This document shows, one piece after another, positions 1 through 64,000 of a stretch of DNA of 64,000 nt. The position numbers and the translations under genes are program-made. The stretch spans positions 10,850,001 to 10,914,000 of the forward strand of contig OZ024761.1 in assembly GCA_964016885.1 (NCBI GenBank), read 5' to 3'. The stretch's first letter is position 1. The number at the start of each line of letters is the position of its first letter. Below the pieces are notes generated by a model, which had not been told where the DNA came from, did no database searches, and saw only the letters and a list, made by a program, of their open reading frames with translations. The stretch is from Eledone cirrhosa (taxonomy: Eukaryota).

Positions 1-98
1 GTAGCATCGTGTCTTGGGCAAGTAGTGTAATCTACTATAGCCTTGGCTTGACTAATGTCATACCAGTGGAATATGGTAGACAGAAACTATGTGGAAGC

Positions 99-144
<46 letters not shown>

Positions 145-147
<3 letters not shown>

Positions 148-820
148 ATAATAATGAAATTATTGTGTAAAGTGCTCAGGTGCACTACAACTCGTCAAAG
201 GTGTATGTATAGTACATAGAATAATACACAAATGTCAGGGAAGTGAATAGTGTATGAGTCATGGTATACATGTGTGTGTGTGTATGGAGGGGGAACATTA
301 GCTGTAGTGTTGGTGGATCTCGGGAAGCATGGAGGCCTTAAAGGATGCAGTGTCTCGACAGCTAACAACTGATGCGGGTAGTTTGTTCCATGCTTCAGCA
401 ACTCTGAGCGTGAAAAATTGTTTCCGAAAGTCATGGGAGTTGTGCTGTTTTCTGACTTTTTTGGCATGTCCACGTGTGTTAGACACATGGAAATCAAAAA
501 GGTACTCAGGGTTGTTGTTGGCAAGATGGTTAACAATTTTGTGAGTGTTTACCAAGTCAGTTGCCAGGCGTCGGAGCTTCAATGTATCCATGCCCAGGGA
601 AGCAAGGCGCTCAGAGTATGGTAGATGCCTGATGGAGGGTATTCGCTTGGTTCCACGTCTCTGAAGAGTTTCCAGGCGGTCAATGTTCTGAGCAAGATAG
701 GGGTTCCAGACTGGTGATGCAAATTCTAAGTGTGGCCGCACCATAGCAATGTACAGCCTTAAATAGATATCTGGAGAGTGGCTGACAAAGGTCTTGCTGA
801 GTGATGCTAAGAGACCCTCG
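145..820 (-). mobile_element. 5'-truncated CR1/L2-type LINE (ORF2 C-terminus and 3' UTR)
   Basis: ORF 298-744 VRPHLEFASPVWNPY...FFTLRVAEAWNKLP is typical of the CR1-group ORF2 end; (TTA)n tail. Confidence 0.85.
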
Positions 821-1213
821 GTCCTCTTGACATTTTAGAGACGTGCTTCGTCCAACGCAAATCGCTGCTGACCGTAATGCCCAGGTCGCGTTCACAAGAA
901 GACTTCTTGATATTAGTGCTACAGTATCAGCAATGGAAAGACCAATGGAAACACCGTTTCCTTTGTCCGATTTGACAAGGTCCACCCCACTCGGCAAGTG
1001 AATTAGGTCTGGTATCTAGTAGATCATTAAAAGAAGCAGAAAGACTATATATATATATATATTTATTAAAATAACAGATTAAAGTTTAAGCAATACTTAA
1101 ACTTTAATCAGTTATTTTAATAAATTTTTGCTCTACGGTTCTTATATATTTGATATATATTTATCCTTATCGAGCCCTCTTTGGATTTTAGTCTTCAAAT
1201 TTATTATTATTAC

Positions 1214-1253
<40 letters not shown>

Positions 1254-1772
1254 AAGATGGCGTAGATATACAATACAACAGGAGGAACATAATAGTACCA
1301 CTGATGATGTTGCAGATGTGCAACGAAAGAACTTTGTTAGACTATATATATTTTTTTACCGTTGGTCAGTCAATGGTAAACATTGAGGACCAAATGAATT
1401 AACTGTGGAGATATAAAAGATACAGAAGCGAAAACCAACCAAACAATGAGTGTGTTCTGTTATTATTTCTGGCAATATTATTACAACAATATGACCCTCC
1501 CCAAGTATTAACAATATATATATATAAATATATACATATATAGGTATTTGTATTGGTGCTCTGAAATAGCGATGTATACATGAATGTATGTATAGTATAT
1601 CTGGCAATATACAGTATGTTTAATTTAAAACATTTAGAAGACCATTCGCTATCAGTTTTAAAGTAGTGACTTTGTCACTTTTCTTTTTTTTTTTTTTGGC
1701 AATATATTTACATACAGACCGAGATAGACACACACACAAACATACAGACAATTTAGAAATAGTAAGACTTAC

Positions 1773-58983
<57,211 letters not shown>

Positions 58984-59109
58984 CTAGAATATAAGAAATA
59001 AGATAATAGTCTCTGATTTACGAACAACCCCAGTACATTACTGCTACTTCATTTTATCGACCCTTTAAGGATGAAAAGCAAAGCTAACCTCAGCAGGATT
59101 TGGACTCAG

Positions 59110-59550
59110 AATGTAAAGGGCCATAACACTATGCCACAAAACGTTGTCCAACGCTCTACCAATTCACTGCCCTCACAAGACAATAATGTAAAGGGCCAAA
59201 ACACTATGCCACAAAACGTTGTCCGACGCTCTACCAATTCACTGCCCTCACAAGACAATAATGTAAAGGGCCAAAACACTATGCCACAAAACGTTGTCCG
59301 ACGCTCTACCAATTCACTGCCCTCACAAGACAATAATGTAAAGGGCCATAACACTATGCCACAAAACGTTGTCCGACGCTCTACCAATTCACTACCCTCA
59401 CAAGACAATAATGTAAAGGACCATAACACTATGCCACAAAACGTTGTCCGACGCTCTACCAATTCACTGCCCCCACAAGACAATAATGTAAAGGGCCATA
59501 ACACTATGCCACAAAACGTTGTCTGACGCTCTACTCATTCTACTGCCAAT
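59110..59550. repeat. 75-bp tandem repeat derived from the SINE A head
   Basis: About 6 copies, contiguous with the SINE A body at 59027-59110. Confidence 0.85.
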
Positions 59551-60024
59551 TCACCGTTCTTATAAGAATAAGATAATACTAATTGTAGAGAAACACACAA
59601 ACACACATACACACACAAACACACACACACACATATATACACACACACACATATATACATACACACACATATACACACACACGTTTTTTTTCACGTATTG
59701 ACAGACTAGCATCTAAAATTCCTGCATTTAACCCTTTCTCTCCCCTCTTTCTGTTCAAACCAGCCGTAACTGGTCACTCCTACTGATGTTAAGGTATTGT
59801 TCTCAAAAAAAAATATTAATATATACATACATAGACACATATATATATATATATAGACATATACACACATACACATATATAGACACAGACAAATATATAT
59901 ATATAGACACAGACATATATATATACACACACACATATATCTACATACACACACACACACATTTATATATATATATACACACACATACATACATACACAC
60001 ACATATATCTACACACACACACAC

Positions 60025-60097
<73 letters not shown>

Positions 60098-60102
<5 letters not shown>

Positions 60103-60713
60103 ACGGAGAAAAAGACGATTATTAGGAAGAAAAATTTTTTTTTTTTCCTTTTTATTTTTTTCTCTCTCTTTTCTGGGTTAGAAAATAATTAAAACGAAAT
60201 ATTTTACTTTGTGTGAAGTGTTAAGGGATTAGTTGATTTATTTATTAATTAACAATGGCATTTATTTATTTATTTATATATTTAATAATTGTCTATTACC
60301 GGTTTCAGCATTTTTATGCATTATCAAATGATAAAAATATGTATTGGTGTAGAATGGTGGTGTTGCACATGTTAAAGAAATGGTGCAGAAAGAATAATGT
60401 TATTTACAAACAAGGTTTATAAAGAAAAAAGAAAAAAAGGGACGTAATGTGGAGCATAATAAGGCAATGTGAAAGAAAAAATAATGTTATTTACAGGCAT
60501 AGTTCTTGAAGATAAGCAGATCAAAATGTGTTAATATAGCAAGAGTGCTTAGTTGATCCATGATAAATATATAAATAAATAAATAAATGCCATTGTTAAT
60601 TAATAAATATATCAACTAATACCTTAAGACTTCACACAAAGTAAAATATTTCGTTTCAATCATTTTCTAAAATATTTTTCTTCCTAATAACCGTCTCTTT
60701 CTCCCTGTTTTCA
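60098..60713. repeat. Diverged inverted repeat (arms ~60098-60284 and 60564-60713)
   Basis: Reverse-complement blocks; degenerate hammerhead-like motif at 60290-60330 (-). Confidence 0.75.
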
Positions 60714-60854
60714 TACACACATATAATATATATATATACCGACGTGAGGTATATGATTTTTAATGCAATGAAATGTCTATGATCGTCGGCAAATCACTCG
60801 TGAGGGACTCATTTTATTACATGTTATCCATGTGCAACCTGCATTCTTCTCCCC

Positions 60855-61039
<185 letters not shown>

Positions 61040-61042
61040 CAT

Positions 61043-61366
61043 GGAGGCACATGGCTTAGCGGTTAGAGCATTGGCCTTGCAACCGAAAGGTTGTGAGTTC
61101 AATTCTCAGACCAGGTGATGTCTTGTTTCCTTGAGCAAGACACTTTATTTCACATTGCTCCAGTTTACTCAGCTGTAGAAATGAGATGATAGGGACTGTA
61201 AAGTGGTCGTGGAGGTGCCACGGCAAAAAAGCACCCAGCACTCACTGTGAATGAGGTTGGTGTTAGGAAGGGCATCCAGCTGTAGAAATCAAGCCAGAAT
61301 CAGTTCCCGTCCCACCCTTGCAAGCAGGGGAAAGCGGACATAAAATGAAATTTTGGTGATGATGAT
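61043..61366 (+). mobile_element. SINE family B, full length (tRNA head, central domain, RTE-derived tail)
   Basis: A-box TGGCTTAGCGG, B-box GAGTTCAATTC; tail shared with the RTE 3' UTR. Confidence 0.88.
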
Positions 61367-61384
61367 ATATATATATATATGAGT

Positions 61385-61879
61385 GAGTTTCTTGGTCAGT
61401 GTCCAAGTCTCAGACTCGTACAGCAGCACAGACTCCACTACAGCATTGAAGAGGCAGATTTTCAGGTCTTTACGAAGGTCCGACTTCCACACCAATCTCA
61501 AGCTGTGGCACGCCGCCCAGGCTTTGCTCTTCCTCTCAACCACATCATCTTCCGTATTCCCAATCTTTGCTCCCAATAAAGGAAGCCCTCAACCAACTGT
61601 TGGAGACGCAGGACATGGCAGCGATAATGAGGGACAGAGACCGCTGGAGAGAACTCGTCCATGGATCTCGGGAATTTTACCCGCCCTAGATATATATATA
61701 TCCTAACTCGTGTGCTTCCTCTCCACATTTTATTATATATATAAATATATATAATATAGAAATGGTTTCTACAAGACTAGAACTGTTTCATTCGAAGGAA
61801 ATCATCAGGACAGCCGTATTTATACTCTACTATGTATTGAGTACCTTACAAACTATGGTTAGCCCTGATTGAACCCGAG

Positions 61880-61912
<33 letters not shown>

Positions 61913-61984
61913 CACATATATATATATATACACACACATATATATATATACACACATATATATACACAACACATATATAGATAT

Positions 61985-62033
<49 letters not shown>

Positions 62034-62102
62034 TATATACACACATATATATATACACACACATATATATATATATATATACACACATATATAGATATAC
62101 AC

Positions 62103-62135
<33 letters not shown>

Positions 62136-62412
62136 TATATACATTTTTTCCCAAAAGTCAGCTCAAAAGTGACACAGAGGAGACTGAGGTTGGCTGGACA
62201 TGCTCACCGACATCCAGAGTTGACATTGCACTCAGTGCTCCTTTGGGAGCCCCTACATGGACACACTAGAAGAGGAAGACCAAGGTTAACATATGTTCAT
62301 GCCCTAAGGACAGACACTGGTCTGTTGGAGATGCAGGACATGGCAGCGATAATGAGGGACAGAGACCTCTGGAGAGAACTCGTCCTTGGATCTCGGGAAT
62401 TTTACCCGCCTT
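61385..62412. mobile_element. Rearranged RTE-like LINE fragments (61385-61580 -, 61600-61690 +, 62150-62412 +)
   Basis: Peptides VESVLLYESETWTL and [12 protein letters not shown]...RRGRPRLTY...DRDLWR. Confidence 0.75.
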
Positions 62413-62556
62413 AGATAGATAGATATATATACATATATATATATATACACATATATATATACACACATATATATCTACACACATATATATATATACACAC
62501 ATATATATATATACACACACACATATATATATATACACACATATATAGATATACAC

Positions 62557-62587
<31 letters not shown>

Positions 62588-63218
62588 TATATACACATAT
62601 ATATATATATATACACACATATATATATATACACACACACATATATATATATATATATACACATATATATATATACACACATATATATATATACACAGAT
62701 ATATATATACACACACACATATATATATACACCCATATATATATATATATACACACACATATATATATATACACACACATATATATATATATATATACAC
62801 ACACACATATATATATATATACACACATATATATATATATACACACACATATATATATATACACACACACATATATATATATAGACACCCTATGAATACA
62901 GTCCCTATGTGTATAGAGTTGAAACAAAACAATAGTCAAGTGAAAGTACATGGTTGACAATACCGTCACATGTAAGTCTGATATAGAACCATGTGACCAG
63001 TTTCTATACATTTCTTTTTTGACTAAAAACAGAGAAATACAGAAATATAATCACATGCTTAGAAAGGACCACATAGCTAATAGAATACACAATATATCGC
63101 GTGTGTGTATATAAACTTCAATGTTATTTTAGTAAATATTTGCTCTACGGTTCTTATATATTTGATATATATTTATCCTTATCGAGCCCTCTTTGGATTT
63201 TAGTCTTCAAATTATTAT

Positions 63219-63265
<47 letters not shown>

Positions 63266-63312
63266 TATTCAGAATAATAATAAATGAAGACATTCACATA
63301 ATCAAAATATAT

Positions 63313-63377
63313 GTTTTATTATATATATTTCGAAGGTACTGTGCTGTTTTTTCAGTACGTCCTCGTCAGATAAAATA
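63313..63377 (-). ncRNA. Minimal type-I hammerhead ribozyme motif (same family as 4274 and 43035)
   Basis: ttttat-CTGACGA-ggacgtactg/cagtaccttc-GAAA-tatata-TA-ataaaa. Confidence 0.7.
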
Positions 63378-63508
63378 CATGAATTGATGTATGACATACC
63401 TCAACGGTCTTGATGGTTCAATTCCAGTCTTGGCAGTGATTTTAATCTATTGTAAAACTATATTCATTGAGTAATCAATGAACCATATTAATCTTTGGTT
63501 ATATATAT

Positions 63509-63635
63509 ATAGGAAAACGTTTAACCCCGACGGCAGAGCTCAAACCGTTTCGACAGTTATTTCTGGACTGAAATAGTCCAGAAATAGCCATCGAAACGGC
63601 TTGAGCTCTGCCATCGGGGTTAAACATTTTCCTAT
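63509..63635. repeat. ~60-bp-arm hairpin at the end of a dispersed repeat (related to 30424-30550 and 50078-50168)
   Basis: ATAGGAAAACGTTTAACCCCG ... CGGGGTTAAACATTTTCCTAT. Confidence 0.8.
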
Positions 63636-63711
63636 TACCCACTCTACTACCCTAAGTATTGAGTACTCTGGTGCGTTATGGTCCATCTGGTTCCTTACCA
63701 CACTTCCTTCG

Positions 63712-63756
<45 letters not shown>

Positions 63757-63968
63757 AGGCGCGTAGTTGAGTGGTTAGAGAATTGTATTCACAATCGTGA
63801 GCTGGCCAGTCCGATTCCTGGACCGGGCGATGCATTATGTCCTTGAGCAAGACACTTTATTTCATGTTGTTCCTTCTACCTGGAGTTGTGACCGATAGAT
63901 AGTATTAGCAATTGAAAAGACCAATGGAAACATTGTTACCTCGGTCCGATTTGACAAAATCAATCAAC

Positions 63969-64000
<32 letters not shown>

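Noticed and set aside
61043-61112. tRNA gene
   Set aside because: The A and B boxes belong to a multi-copy SINE head that continues into the SINE body; there is no complete cloverleaf.

Overview
Repeat-rich, AT-rich animal genomic DNA. The SINE and RTE-LINE types and the microsatellite load suggest a coleoid cephalopod (octopod); this is an inference. The whole window lies inside one minus-strand, multi-exon gene for a divergent sulfonylurea-receptor-like ABCC protein (ABCC8/ABCC9 family). I could read about 25 GT-AG exons from TMD1 through NBD1 to most of TMD2. Phases are continuous, and many exon lengths (156, 135, 163, 41, 106, 85, 81, 138, 167, 70, 158, 93, 103 nt) match the human ABCC8 exon sizes as I recall them. 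The 5' exons and NBD2 appear to lie outside the window. Notable points: (i) NBD1 is unusually degenerate (signature LTEGQ, D-loop TKME, shifted H-loop). (ii) The NBD1-TMD2 linker is built from phase-symmetric microexons encoding repeated RRxS PKA motifs, reminiscent of an R-domain. (iii) Several intronic minisatellites appear seeded from splice junctions, including two mutually complementary arrays flanking one exon. (iv) Several (TA)n-embedded inverted-repeat elements carry minimal type-I hammerhead ribozyme motifs of the Penelope-like kind. The introns also hold a near-full-length disabled RTE LINE, LINE fragments, two SINE families, a non-autonomous Helitron, MITEs and large simple-repeat arrays. 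Most long ORFs in the supplied track are translations of simple repeats.
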